The position numbers and the translations under genes were made by a program. The notes beneath the pieces were generated by a model that made no database searches, had not been told where the DNA came from, and saw nothing but the letters and a program-made list of their open reading frames with translations. From positions 1 to 54,295 of the forward strand of contig MU271485.1 in NCBI GenBank assembly GCA_021432655.1: 54,295 nt of DNA, read 5' to 3'. The DNA comes from Atractiella rhizophila (lineage: Eukaryota). This document shows, piece after piece, positions 34,660 through 46,947 of this stretch (its first letter is position 1; every line of letters begins with the position of its first letter).

Positions 34660-37106
34660 ATGGCCAACAGAAATAACATGCCAAAGCGGAAGCTCACTTC
34701 CAAACTCCTCTATTCACTCCTACCTGTTTTCCTCTTCATCGCTTGTTGGAGCCTCATTGGAACTGCCAATGCTCAGAAGGAGGATGTAAGCGTCTACTTG
34801 TGCTTCTATCAGAGGAACTGGGACTAATGGGAGTTTTCTAGTTGGGAACCGTCATCGGTATTGATGTATGTTAATTTGCCCTTCCTGTGTGCCCTGCTCA
34901 AATATCCTGCATTAGTTGGGAACGACATACTCTTGTGTTGCGTACGTATTTCATTGTGTCCTATAACGGGAGCAGAGCTGAGGGGGTTGTGCAGCGTTCA
35001 GAAGCAAGGACGTGTGGAAATCCTGACCAACGACCAAGGAAACCGTATCACACCGTCCTATGTCGCCTTCGCCGCCAACTCTGGCGAGCGAATGATTGGA
35101 GACTCAGCCAAGAACCAATACGCCCAAAATCCCACCAATACCATCTTTGACGCTAAGCGTCTCATCGGACGAAAATTCGACGACCGTGAAGTCCAACGTG
35201 ACCTCAAACACTATCCTTTCAAGGTCGTCGACAAGAATGGCAAGCCCAACATCCAGGTCGAGGTCGGAAACGAGAAGAAGACCTTCGCTCCGGAGGAGAT
35301 CTCTGCCATGGTTTTGTGAGTCTTTCTTAACCTACGTTTTGGATTGTGGTTGAGTCGGAACCTACAGGATCAAGATGAAGGAGACCGCTGAGGCTTACCT
35401 TGGAACCAAGGTTACCAACGCTGTTGTCACGTTCGTCTTCTTGTTTCTATCCTCATAAAGGCACTAACGAGTTGTTCAGTGTTCCCGCCTACTTCAACGA
35501 CGCTCAGCGTCAAGCCACAAAGGATGCCGGTACGATTGCTGGACTCAACGTTCTCCGAATCGTCAACGAGCCCACGGCCGCCGCCATCGCTTACGGATTA
35601 GGACAACACGGAGCTGGAGAGAAACAAATCATCGTATACGATCTTGGAGGAGGAACCTTCGATGTTTCCCTCCTCTCAGTCGACGACGGAGTCTTCGAGG
35701 TTTTGGCTACCGCCGGTGATACCCACCTTGGAGGAGAGGATTTCGATAACCGTGTCATCGACCATTTCGTCAAGCTCTGGAAGAGGAAGCACGATGGACA
35801 GGACATCACTAAGAACTTGAGGACGATGGGAAAACTCAAGAGGGAGGTCGAGAGGGCGAAGAGGACGCTCTCATCTCAAATGTCGGTCAAGATCGAAATC
35901 GAGGCTTTCTTCGAGGGACAGGATTTCTCCGAGACTCTCACCAGGGCCAAATTCGAGGAACTTAACATCGATTTGTTCAGGAAGACCATGAAGCCCGTTG
36001 AACAAGTTCTCAAGGATGCCAACGTCAAGAAGGAAGATGTGTCGGATATCGTTCTTGTCGGTGGTTCCACTCGTATCCCCAAGGTCCAGGAACTTCTCAA
36101 GGATTACTTCGATGGAAGGGAACTCGCCAAGGGTATCAATCCCGATGAGGCTGTCGCTTATGGTGCTGCCGTTCAGGCTGGTGCGTTTTTCTTTTCTCTC
36201 ATTGGTGAGGCGGACTGAGATGCTGTACAGGTATTTTGGCTGGTGAGGAGTCGTTGAAGGAGATGGTTTTGATCGACGTCAACCCTCTCACTCTCGGTAT
36301 CGAGACGACTGGAGGTGTCATGACCAAGCTCATCGGAAGGAACACTGTTGTGCCCACGAAGAAGTCCCAGATCTTCTCCACCGCAGCCGACAACCAACCC
36401 ACTGTCTTGATCCAAGTGTTCGAGGGAGAGCGATCGATGACAAAGGACAACAACCTCCTCGGCAAGTTCGAGCTGACCGGCATCCCCCCCGCTCCTCGTG
36501 GCGTTCCTCAAATCGAAGTCACTTTCGAAGTCGACGCCAACGGTATAATGAAGATCAGCGCTCAGGATAAGGGAACCGGCAAGAGCGAATCTATCACCAT
36601 CACCAATGACAGTACGTCTTTCTGTGTTCCTTCTCGTCGCGATGTGGGATGGATCTGACAATTTGTTCACAGAGGGACGTCTTTCTCAAGAGGAGATCGA
36701 CCGCATGATTCAGGAGGCTGAGGAATTCGCTGAGGCAGATGAGGAGGCTAAGAAGAAAGTCGAGTCGCGTAACGCGGTACGTCCTTTCTCTTTTCCCCAA
36801 CATTTGATGCTAATTTTGCCGTCATTGCAGCTCGAGAACTTTGTTTTCTCCCTCAAGCAACAAGTAACGGATAAGGAAGCCCTCGGTGGCAAGATTGAGG
36901 ATGAGGATAAACAGACCATCTTGGACGAGATCAAAGAGGTCCAAGACTGGATGGAAGAGGATGGCGCGACCGCCTCCGCTTCCGATTTCGAGGAGAAGCT
37001 CCAGGCTCTCCAAGCCGTCGTCTCGCCCATCACTTCCAAGCTCTACTCTTCTGGAGGATCTGGATCTGGGGACGACGAGCCACTGCACTCACATGACGAG
37101 CTTTAA
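34660..37106 (+). CDS. KAR2: ER Hsp70 BiP, multi-exon
   Basis: Signal peptide (MANRNN...[19 protein letters not shown]); microexons [41 protein letters not shown]-terminal HDEL*. Confidence 0.97.
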
Positions 37107-37469
37107 TGCATGGATGGATGGATGCGGTTGGGTGGCGTGAGGGATGCAAAAGGGCAAGCGATGTGTAGAGATATATCATGGGCTCGACCCAATTATTGCA
37201 TTGCATTTTGTCGTTTAATCTACAATTATCAGCATTCGCTTGTGCCTGAGAGACCTATGAACAACTGACGGATTTTGTTCGGCTGAAATTGGGATGGGTT
37301 ATTGACGCACTGCACTGAGGAAGCTAAGAACGAGTTGCGTGAGTTGGTGTGTGAAGTGTTATGTCTACTGTGGGAGTTACGACTCAACTTTCCATGTCAC
37401 GTCTCTATCTCAAGCTCAAAAATGCACTCGATCCATTCCTCTTCCACCTATCAACACGAATCGACAAGC

Positions 37470-38604
37470 TCAAAAGAACCTAATGATCATAAACATGAAA
37501 AACCAAACCAGCACAACAACACCCAAAATGCCAACCATCAACCAAGTCGTGCCCCCACTCGTCTTATTCAACACCTTCAGCCTGCCCCCCTGCTTATTCA
37601 TCCGGTCAAAATTGCCCTGTATCGCTCTCTCCGCACCCTCCAACGCCTCCTTATCCTTCTCCATCAGCGTGCCGAAATGCAAGCTGTTCAGTTTGAGCTG
37701 GCGCGCCATGGAGGCGAGGTCGGAGGTGAGGGTGTCTTGCACGGAATGGTGGTGCTCGAGGAGGTGGGAGGACCGCGGGGGAGAAGAGCTTCGACGGTGA
37801 TCTCCAGCGTGAGAATGTGAGGTGCGTTGCCGTGGGTAACTTGGCTGCGTGAGTGGTGGGAGCTCCTCCTGATTTGTGTTTGGAGGAGAACCTGGAGCCG
37901 ATGGAACGCGAGAGTCGCCGTCGACGGGGATTAGGCCGGTGTCTAGCTCAGTCATCTTCGTTGAAGTTGAAGGAGGAAGGAGTGCTGCATCTGCATCTGT
38001 GCTGGGAGACGTGGCGGACGGATCGGAGGAGGGTCTTGTCAGCGGTGCGGGTGGAGGACCTGTGGGACGGAGAGCGGATAACGGGGAGAGAACGGGTGTA
38101 GGTTGTGAGCGCTGAAAGATTAGATTGGTCATTTGTACAATGAGGAGGAAGAGGGAGGACATACAGCGCGTAATGCATCCACTAGAGGGTCTAGAGAAAT
38201 GAGCCTGCTCTTCAATGAGCCTGTGAGCGAGAGTGAAGAAGCCGTGCTGCGTGGCCGCTTTCTCGATAAAGAGGAGAGCGAGGCTTCCATCCTTCCCCCA
38301 TAATGCAGCCGTCAATTCTCCCTCTTCCCAGCTTGCACAATAGCGAGAGCAGAACACGCACCTGTCGTCATCCCACTCCTCCACCGTCTTCCTCAAGTAC
38401 TCCGCCGTCTACCCACTCACAACCTGAGCAAAGATACTCCCAAGCATCAAATAAAGAGCGTACAGTGAGATGAGAAAGGCATTCAGACCACTGCAGCGAC
38501 TCGACAGCGATGGGTGACGCAGCGAGTTTCTCAAGTTGGCGAATGAGAAACCGCACGTTCTGCTTGTCTGTGTAGCTCAGTCGTGACCCCATTGCTTGCT
38601 GCAT
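37470..38604 (-). CDS. USE1: ER t-SNARE Use1/Slt1, multi-exon
   Basis: C-terminal Qc-SNARE helix LLEHHHSVQDTLTSDLASMARQLKLNSLHFGTLMEKDKEALE...MNKQGGRLK followed by TM tail WLMVGILGVVVLVWFFMFMIIRFF; N-terminus NVRFLIRQLEK. Confidence 0.88.
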
Positions 38605-39364
38605 TGCTTGCTTCAGAGATGGGATAATGGCGTGTAAGTGCTGGGGAGAAAGCTGTCACGTGGTTTGTTACAATTATTCGCGACATTTGCCACCACCAGC
38701 CCTGGCCATTTGAGCGGCAGATTTAGAGCTGGCAGCTGGCAGTATAGACGCCTACTTGAGAAGCCGTCGCGTTCCTTACATTGTCTACCCCGACCACCGA
38801 TAATAGAAGCGTTTCGAATTCAACTGGTGCTCAGCTCCCTCGAAGTTGCCAGCGACTTGTCGGAGCGTTAGAGCCACGTTAGAGCCACTGTCTGAACTCT
38901 GAAATCGGTTCAAGGTTATAGTAAGCGTGCTAGCCATTGGGAATTACGCGAGCCTTTTTGTTACTAACTTGAAGGACATTTCCAAGAGCGAGTCATCCAG
39001 CTCCATCAATATAAACTTCCACCACTCGATTTCGAGTCGAATACTATTATACCTGCTAGCAAACTCGTAGAAAGTAAGTGTTCTCGGTTGTTGGGAAGAC
39101 GCACTGACAAGCAAGCAACTGGTAGATAAATTTTATGCACTACACGGTCACGCAACATTCTCCTCCAGCTGAAGCCGAGATGGAACGACGGCTCAAGGTC
39201 GCGGACGCGACGTTGATCTGCCAACCTCAAGAGCAGAGCTCCTAACTCTACCGATAGAGCTTCATCAGCACATCCTCTCATATCTCCCCGCACGAGACCT
39301 TGGTGTTCTCTCTTCAGTATCAACAAAGGTCAATGAGCTGGTCGAGACATATGGATGGAAAGAC

Positions 39365-40724
39365 ATGGTCAATGGTGCGTCATTTCTACCCGTCTACAAG
39401 TACATATTTGATGAATTGGTCAAGGAATTGGGCCTGGGCGTCAAAACACAACTCTTGACACCCGCTCCTTCTCTTCCCAGCCGAGCTGGAAGGACAAAGT
39501 GCGGTCGCATCACCACTCCCAGCGCTCGCTCTCGACCCATAGGTTTTCTTCCCTCCAATATCTCCGTCAGCGCCACCTCGGGAGCGTGGAATGTCCATTT
39601 TGCGACTCGTAGAAAACAACCTCTTTGTCTCATCTGGACGAACCGTGGAAGTTTTCTCATTAGATTCGCAAGGACGATCCAACAAGGTTGTATCATGCCA
39701 ACTGGCTAAAGATGTCGTCGGTTTGGCACCCATCCCGGCGGCTGATCCGTCATCGTCACAAGAAACAGAAGCAGAAGCAGAAGCAGAATTTGTCACTGCA
39801 GACCGCCTTGGAGAGATTCGGCTCTGGAAGACCGTCAATTCTGCTCGAGGGCCAAAGATTCAAGGCGGGCGACGAATCTCGAATCCCCATCGATCGGATT
39901 CAAGCATTCAAGCTATCCATGCCTCCTCGTCTCTCCTTGCAAGCGTTGCTGCCTCCCGTTCGCGTACACACATCACCCAACTGCCTTCCGTCCTCTCTTC
40001 CCAACTATCTCGTTCTCAGAATCGTGCCCAACAGACTTCCTCGAACACGAGCTATTTGACTATCCATTCCCTGCGCTCAACTGCCGCCAAAGCCCCTCCA
40101 GAAACCCTCCCCTTAGCTTCCAAACCATGGGCTGTCTACTTATCACCCGAGCAGGCCATGTTTTTGTTGGCGCCACGAAGCGCACCGGTCTCCTAGCGCA
40201 TCCCATTCTCCCCTTCCGGCCTAGGACGGGTTGACGAAACGAGGTTTCTGAGTGCACCCGCTCAATCCGCCTGCTATTCCATCACCGCTCCATCTGCACG
40301 GACGCATTCGACTCTCAACCCTTCATCGACTATCGTAACGGGTTGGTACGACGGCCACGTCCGATTATACGACTTGCGTTCTGGGAAGGCTCCTGTGCTC
40401 TCGCTTCACGACCGGTGGAATGATAGTGCTTGGTATTGCGTCTCCACTTGGGGGACAACTGTTGTCGCTGGCGGCATGAGGAATGGTCTCGTCGGTTTAT
40501 GGGACGTACGTGCGACATCCGGAGGCATCAGCGCTTTTATGGTGGAAGAAAGCGATAAGTGGGACAGAGGGAAGGAGGACAGCCCGATTTACGGGATTGA
40601 GATTAGGGGAAACACGATAATGGGAAGCACCGACCGGAGAGTCTGGACTGTTGACGTTGGGGTGGATAAAGGAGTGATAAAGTGGTATAAACATAAAGAG
40701 AAAAAGGTGCGATTACACTTGTAG
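39365..40724 (+). CDS. WD40/beta-propeller-like protein; 5' end uncertain; frame disrupted near 40150-40212
   Basis: WD-like units FVTADRLGEIRLWK, IVTGWYDGHVRLYDLR, VVAGGMRNGLVGLWDVR and SPIYGIE; in-frame TAG at 40194-40196. Confidence 0.6.
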
Positions 40725-40758
40725 AAGTATGGTAACGGCCGTAGATTGATTGTACATT

Positions 40759-43398
40759 TCAATGCATCGTCTTTAATGCTCTGTTCATTTCCTCTGTTGT
40801 GTCGCATGCATCCACCATCCAGGTTCCATACTGTGTTTTGAGCCATTCATCCCAAATGCAATCCGCACTCATCCCACTCCTCGTCGTCTTAACATCCCTT
40901 CTACCTCCCACCGGTCTTCCTTTCAACAATCCCTTCTGTTCCCATGCTGCTTCGACCATGCTTTCCGGGTCGTTCATGTAGGCGTATTCGATGTCGAGAT
41001 ATCCGAAATGCACTCTCCTCAGGCTTGGCATTTGCCAGATGTCCATTTCTTCAGGTCGCCTGATATCAAGCATGTCTCCATCATCTACACCACCGTCGAT
41101 CAACCGTAAGTGGAGCTTCTCGAGCTTCGGGAGCCTCAACAGCGTCAGGATTTCCTCATGTCTCCTTCCTATGAGGCCGACTCTCAATATTCTCAGCCCG
41201 ACGCAACGATTCAAGTACTTGACAAGCTTAGTCAGTCTCATGTCCTTAACATGCAGATGGAGAGATCTGAGTCTCGAGGTGAGAAGGTTCGAGAGGCCCT
41301 GAAGTTCGTCCTCGCGGCCAGCGCGCTGCCGGGCTTCTCCTAAATGGAGATCTTCTACGGTCCCTCCTGAGCCAGCTCCAAGAGAAAATGAACCATCTCT
41401 TGATGTGAGTGTCGGACCACTTGACTGGGGACTGCACAATCGCGAGAGACTTGAGACCAATCGGGGGAGGAGGGAGGGGCTCGGCTTCTGTTATGACAGT
41501 TGATGGATGGGGAATGGGACAGTACCATAGTCCCAGATGCTTCAGGTTCTTCGATTCCTTCAGCTCGGGGAAACAAACGAAGAAATCCGCCTCTCGGAAG
41601 GTCGCTCGCCGGGGCATCCACCGAGGTCTAGCTCCGTAGAACGACAACACTTCCAGGGAGGGCATGGCAGGAAATGTGAATGGTGCGATTACATCCGTGA
41701 TAGTGAGAACACGTAGGGTGTTCCACGGCGGGTTGATGAGCCTGAACCGATAGGTAGGGAAAGAGAGGACTTCGAGATAGGAGGAAAGTTCGAATCCTTC
41801 CTGTGGGATAGTTACATTGCGATCTAGGGGAGGTGATGGGGAGCGTCGCGGTGGCGGTCCTACCGTTGGAGGGTCTGGGTTCACTGGAGGCGGGATCAAT
41901 GTGAGACCCTTGAGATGTGGGAGATGGGAAGAGCTGAAAAGCCTGAAATCGGTGGGGGAAATGTTGTCCTTCCTAATGCACAGATACTGGAGCGATCTCG
42001 GTGGGATTCCGTATGAGAAGAGTGAGGAAAGCTTGCGATACTGTGACGGAGAATTAAGCGGTTCGTCGAGGGGATGTCCTTGAAAGTTATTGAGAGCCAA
42101 TCTCTTAAGTCTGGCTTTCCCTTCCTTAAAAGCATCCGAAGGTAACACAAACGCAGTATTCTCTGTAAAATCGATCGAGAGTTCCTCCAGTCCACTTCCA
42201 ACAGAAAGAATAAGTTTCCTCACCACGGAACCGGCATTTTGATCTAGGCACCAATTAATGTCGAGCCTCCTAATCCACTTCTTCCACTCCGGAAAAATAT
42301 CGACCCTCCGGGCGATCCACTCGACTGTAGCGTTCATAGGACGATGATCTCTCCTATCGAGCAGTCTGGGTCGTCCCCAGAGGCAGCGCCACATCTGACT
42401 CCTGACAATGGCCACCCAACGTTTGCGGACCAGGCAGAGGGGAGCCATCTGAGAAAAGGTGCGATGAAACATGTCCACATCGAGGGAAGATAGCTTGATG
42501 TCTATGACGTGCAGATAATGTACCTCCTCGATGATCTGTATGAGAAGCTCGTTGGGTATTGGGAGGTCGTCCGATCGCGAAGGGGTAGGAAATCGAGAGG
42601 GACGAGAAGAGGGATAGGTGGCACCGCTCCTTGTAGAGTTTGGATCACGAGAGTCGGTCGCATACCCTCGAGGAGGTGAGGAACTTCTTGGATATGCAAA
42701 ATGTGTCGGATGCGGGTATGCGCCAGATCGATAGCGGTCGTGCCCGTTGGGTCCACCATCATATTGCGCGCTGGGATAATGAGGCGGATGAGGATAGGAG
42801 GGAGAAAGAGGAAAAGAACGGACTCTCCCGTTCAGAGGAACAGGATAGACACGGCCAGGGCGGGGATCGAGTCCGCTTCGAGGTACAGGATAGACCCTAC
42901 CCTGGGCAGGAAGCCGCTGCGGTCCATATGATGTTTGAAAAGGCGGACCAGAGCTATTGCCGTATGGATGTGTAGGACGGGGAGGTGGCGGAGGCGGGTG
43001 GTACTGGTTCCCAGGGGGCGGCGGATGGGATCTTGTCCCAGTGCTGGCGGAGCGGTTAACGGGAGGAGGAGGAGCGGTACCCCCAGGCGTGGTCCCTGGC
43101 TGAAAAGGTCGACCCGGGGTGTTGTTGGGACGAGTCGTGCTCCCGTTTGAACTTCCAGCGTTAGCAGCATTAGAGCGTGATGCACTTGCGTTCGGGTTAG
43201 GATTGCTACTGGTGCTCGCAGAAGAGGCTGGAGGAGGTCGTCCGCGAGCCAGATATGCATCGGTAAATGCCTGCCTGTTATCCCACAATCCCAATCAGTT
43301 CGCGAACTGATAAGTAGATGCAATGAATGAGAAAAGGTGACGCACGCTTTCGCTCGTTTCCGTTCTGCAATAGCTGCTCTTTCAGCTGCTGTTGACAT
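40759..43398 (-). CDS. F-box-like/LRR protein with Pro-rich N-terminus; one apparent frameshift near 41400
   Basis: Exon 1 MSTAAERAAIAERKRAKA|QAFTDAYLARG; F-box-like LPIPNELLIQIIEE...LCLVRKRWVAIVRSQMW; repeated LxxLxL units (LEELSI, LKRLAL, LKHLGL, LEKLHL). Confidence 0.7.
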
Positions 43399-43789
43399 CT
43401 CGCTGGCTGATCTGAGTGCTAAAGGAAGTTCAAAGGTGGAATTGGTGGATATGGGATGTGGGCATTGCAATAAGGTAATTTATGAGTTTGACGACGGTAA
43501 ACTGAGACGTTATATGATCACTTCATCCACAAAGGCTGCCATAAGGCAACATAAGGACAAGGAGACAACATTAACGCGTTCCAACAATGGACAAAGAAAA
43601 TGTCATTCAGTCGCATCTGTTTCGACGTTCGAGAGCCACAATCCATTACTATCTCATAATTATGGCACTTGATAAATTCACGCAAACGCTGGGCAAATTG
43701 ATAATTTGCTGAGTAGACGCATAGTAGTAATAAAGATAATGAAATAATGAAGCTGAGAACAATGAGGTACTAATAAATGGCAAGGAGAC
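43042..43789. repeat. Segmental duplication, copy 1 (5' end and upstream region of the F-box gene)
   Basis: Near-identical, with substitutions and small indels, to 48617-49366. Confidence 0.95.
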
Positions 43790-44579
43790 CTAGCTAGACC
43801 AACCCCTTTTTTCAGCATCATCCTGCAATCATAGCCATCCCTCACACAATGATTGTCTCCAAGGCCAACCTTGAGAATGGTCCTGCAACCTTGAAAAATC
43901 CCGACCTGATTGCTGGTGGTTGGGAAGCAATTGGCATCGCATTTTGAAACCGTAGGTGACGCATTGCACAATCGTTGCGAATGCCCCCGCATTTTGAGGC
44001 GTTGCCAATGGTTTTGACAGCATTGGGACTGCATTTCTCAACCGTCGCTGGATCATTGGGAAATGCGGAAGCATTTCAATAATGGACAATTGTCTGTCAA
44101 CATTGCTGCAACGGTTGAATGGTGGTTGGAAGGCCAAGCTTGAGGCGTATTTGGGTCTGGGACAGCATGAAGCAACATGGTTCATCAATTTTTTATTATT
44201 AAGACCCATTTTGTGTGCGTTCCCTTCACGTTCCTTTCATTTATTGCAGTTTGCTAATTCTTTGGCAGCCCAGGGCGGAACTGCACTGTTCCTCCTCCCT
44301 CTCCACGGTTGCCTGGTCGGCCAGACCCAGACCCTCCATCCTCCTGTCGCCTCATTGAAAACGCTGAATTTGGTGTCAAAGTTTTAATTCTAATCGAAAT
44401 TACTTGAAACGGCGACGATGGACTTTCGCGGCCAAATGAGCGCCCCTCGGATGAAGCAGAATAGCACCATGTGTAGCTGTAAGCCCTTTTCTGTTCCTAG
44501 CAGTTTGTTCTTTATTAAATCTGCATTGGGCACAGCATAACTTAGCTTCGTGGCGCTTTCCGACCTCCACCTCGAATCC

Positions 44580-46183
44580 GCGATGACACCGACCCTTCAC
44601 TCCCTCTTTCGCTCAACTGTCACCCTACCGATGTAGTACCCAGCGCCTTCTCTCTTACCCGTCACCAACCTCTCGCTTTCTCCTTCACTTCCTTCAACCG
44701 CACCTACGCCATTGCTCCCGAAGCCGAGTCGGAAGCACAAGAGTCTTCTGCTCCAGAGACTGAGGCCGCACCACAGGGTCGAAAATGGTCGACAGTCGAG
44801 TCTGCCATCCATCCCGGGTTGTACAAAGCTCTCACCACCGCTCTTTTCTCCTTCAAGCATATGTCTCCCGTTCAGGAGGCCGTCATTTCTCTCCTCGAGC
44901 GCGGAAGTGCAAATCCTTCCGTGGGCGGCCCTGTCGACTCAGCACCTTCCACGTCGACGTCGAGCCTCGATCTATATGCCGACGAACCCTAAGTTAAAGC
45001 TACTGGAGGATTGGTCAAGCCTCCCACTCCAGATCTCCTGGTGAAGACCAAGACTGGGACTGGCAAGACGGTCTCTTTTCTCATCCCTGCCATAGAATCG
45101 AGGATCAAGAGTCTCAGTCTTCAGGCTGAAGCTTATCGTGCTGCCCATCCCGGCGCAAACCAAAAGGAGGTGGATGCCCACGTCCGAAAATTTGCCCCAG
45201 AGTCCACTGGCACTCTCAATTTGTCACCCACGACGGAATTGGCGACTCAAATTGCGAACGAGGCTATCAAGTTTGTGCTCTCATCTTCCTGGATTCCTGG
45301 TACAGCTTTTGGTCGGAGGTACAAACAAAAGACTTCAGGAAGGAGGGATATCGTCGTTGCTACTCCTGGGCGAATGAACGATCTCCTCATTACCGAGCCC
45401 ATGGTGGAATCGTCGGTTGCGGTCTCTGAGCGATTGATTCTCGATGAGGCGGATACGTTGTTGCGTATGGGTTTCAAGGACGAGATCAAGCGAATCATGC
45501 TCAAGATGCCGCCGAAACAGAAAAGACAGACTTTCATGTTCTCCGCCACCCTTGAGAACGAGGTCAAGGAGGTCGCATGCGCCGCTCTCAACCCGAAACC
45601 CCTCTTCATCAATACTGTTATGTCAAACGAGAACAAAACCCACACTCATGTTCCTCAATACGCCACCGTCGTAGACTCTCCCACCGATGTCTTCCCCCAC
45701 ATCATGAGGCTCATTGCGCAGGATCAACTCGAGAACCCAAAAGGCAGAAAAGCAATCATCTTCTTGCCCACCACCAAGTATACAGAGACATTTGCTCAGG
45801 TCGCAGCAGCTCTGCGAAGAGATCTTCCGTTTTTCCAGGTCAACTCACGTCTACGAGGAAGAGTCAGAGAATCGAATTCGCGTCGCGAGAATGTTTAAAG
45901 AGAGCGCGGAGGGAATGTACAAGGTCTTCGTCACTTCAGATGTTTCAGCTAGAGGAGTGGATTACCTGCGCAAGCACCTGAGCTATCTCACACATTCTTG
46001 CAGAAGCTTGGCATGAGTGGTTCTGGTGGTGGAAGATCGTCGAATGGATGCTCGTCTCGATCTAATAGTGGATTTGGACGTGGAGGACAGCGCAGTGGAT
46101 ACGGTAGCAGGGACGGGCAGCAGCGCGGGGGGTTACAGAAATTGAGCGAAAAGAGGATACGCACAGGGTGGATTCGGTGGTAG
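44580..46183 (+). pseudogene. MSS116: Decayed DEAD-box RNA helicase, Mss116/CYT-19-like
   Basis: Q motif FKHMSPVQ, then premature TAA (~44989), KTKTGTGKT, SPTTELATQIANEA, DIVVATPGR, LDEAD, MFSAT and TSDVSARGVDY. Has frameshifts, no motif VI, and a direct jump to an RGG-rich tail. Confidence 0.8.
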
Positions 46184-46681
46184 AGCAGGGTTTGGGCAGC
46201 AGGGTGGATATGGGAGACGAGAGGGCATGGTCAGTCTCTGTTCGAGTAAACAAAATGGGTCAGATGTAAGTCACGACTATCTCTCAGCGTACGTTGAATT
46301 GACTTTGACGGTATAGATTAAACCCCACTCTCACGCACGTTTCATAGATGTCTTTAATGCAGCATGCTCTTCGTCGTTCGATGGATATTTATTCGTTAAT
46401 AGTTCGCCCATCTTCCGGGAGCTGTATCATACACCTTACTCATGCTGCAAATGGTTGCAGACATAATAATCAATCCTCTCCCTTCAACGAAACTTCTGCT
46501 CACGAATGTCGCACAGTAAATAAATAGGCAAGAACACAAATGCCATTTTTTTGCAGAACGTTGAAGTTCTTACTATACAAACAGGTGACATTTCATTGTT
46601 CATCCAACTCCTACAACGACTGAAACCCTTGCAACCACAATTTCTACATTTGAACGAAATCCACGGTGACATCTACTACTT

Positions 46682-46947
46682 CTACTCATGTCTGGTGAAA
46701 GTGGACGAATCCTATTCTTATGTTCAACAATAGTCCCTCGAGGAAGCCAGACCATACTGACAGGAATTCCAGGAAGTGGGAAAGAGGTTGCGAAAGCCTC
46801 GACTTCCTCCTTCAATTCCCTAATCACCCTTGCGCCATCTCCGTTCCCTTCAGCGGTCTTCAAGAAGTCCTTTAACAACTTGCTCTTTCCCGTTTCCTTC
46901 TGTACAGTTTCCGCAATCGTGACCACCCAGATCCAGAACTCAGCAAC
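46682..46947 (-). pseudogene. Isolated 3' fragment of serine hydroxymethyltransferase (SHMT) retaining its last intron
   Basis: VAEF...IAETVQKETGKSKLLKDFLKTAEG...RELKEEVEAFATSFPLPGIP, then intron GTCAGT..AATAG (46761-46712), then DSSTFTRHE*; no upstream SHMT sequence. Confidence 0.7.

Noticed and set aside
3318..38604. A functional proteostasis cluster (CUE protein, SSA, KAR2, USE1, VMA13)
   Set aside because: The genes are spread over 35 kb with unrelated genes and TEs between them; co-location is plausibly coincidental without synteny or expression data.
43790..43830. CTAG at the breakpoint as a Helitron 3' end
   Set aside because: No A/T insertion-site context and no GC-rich subterminal hairpin.
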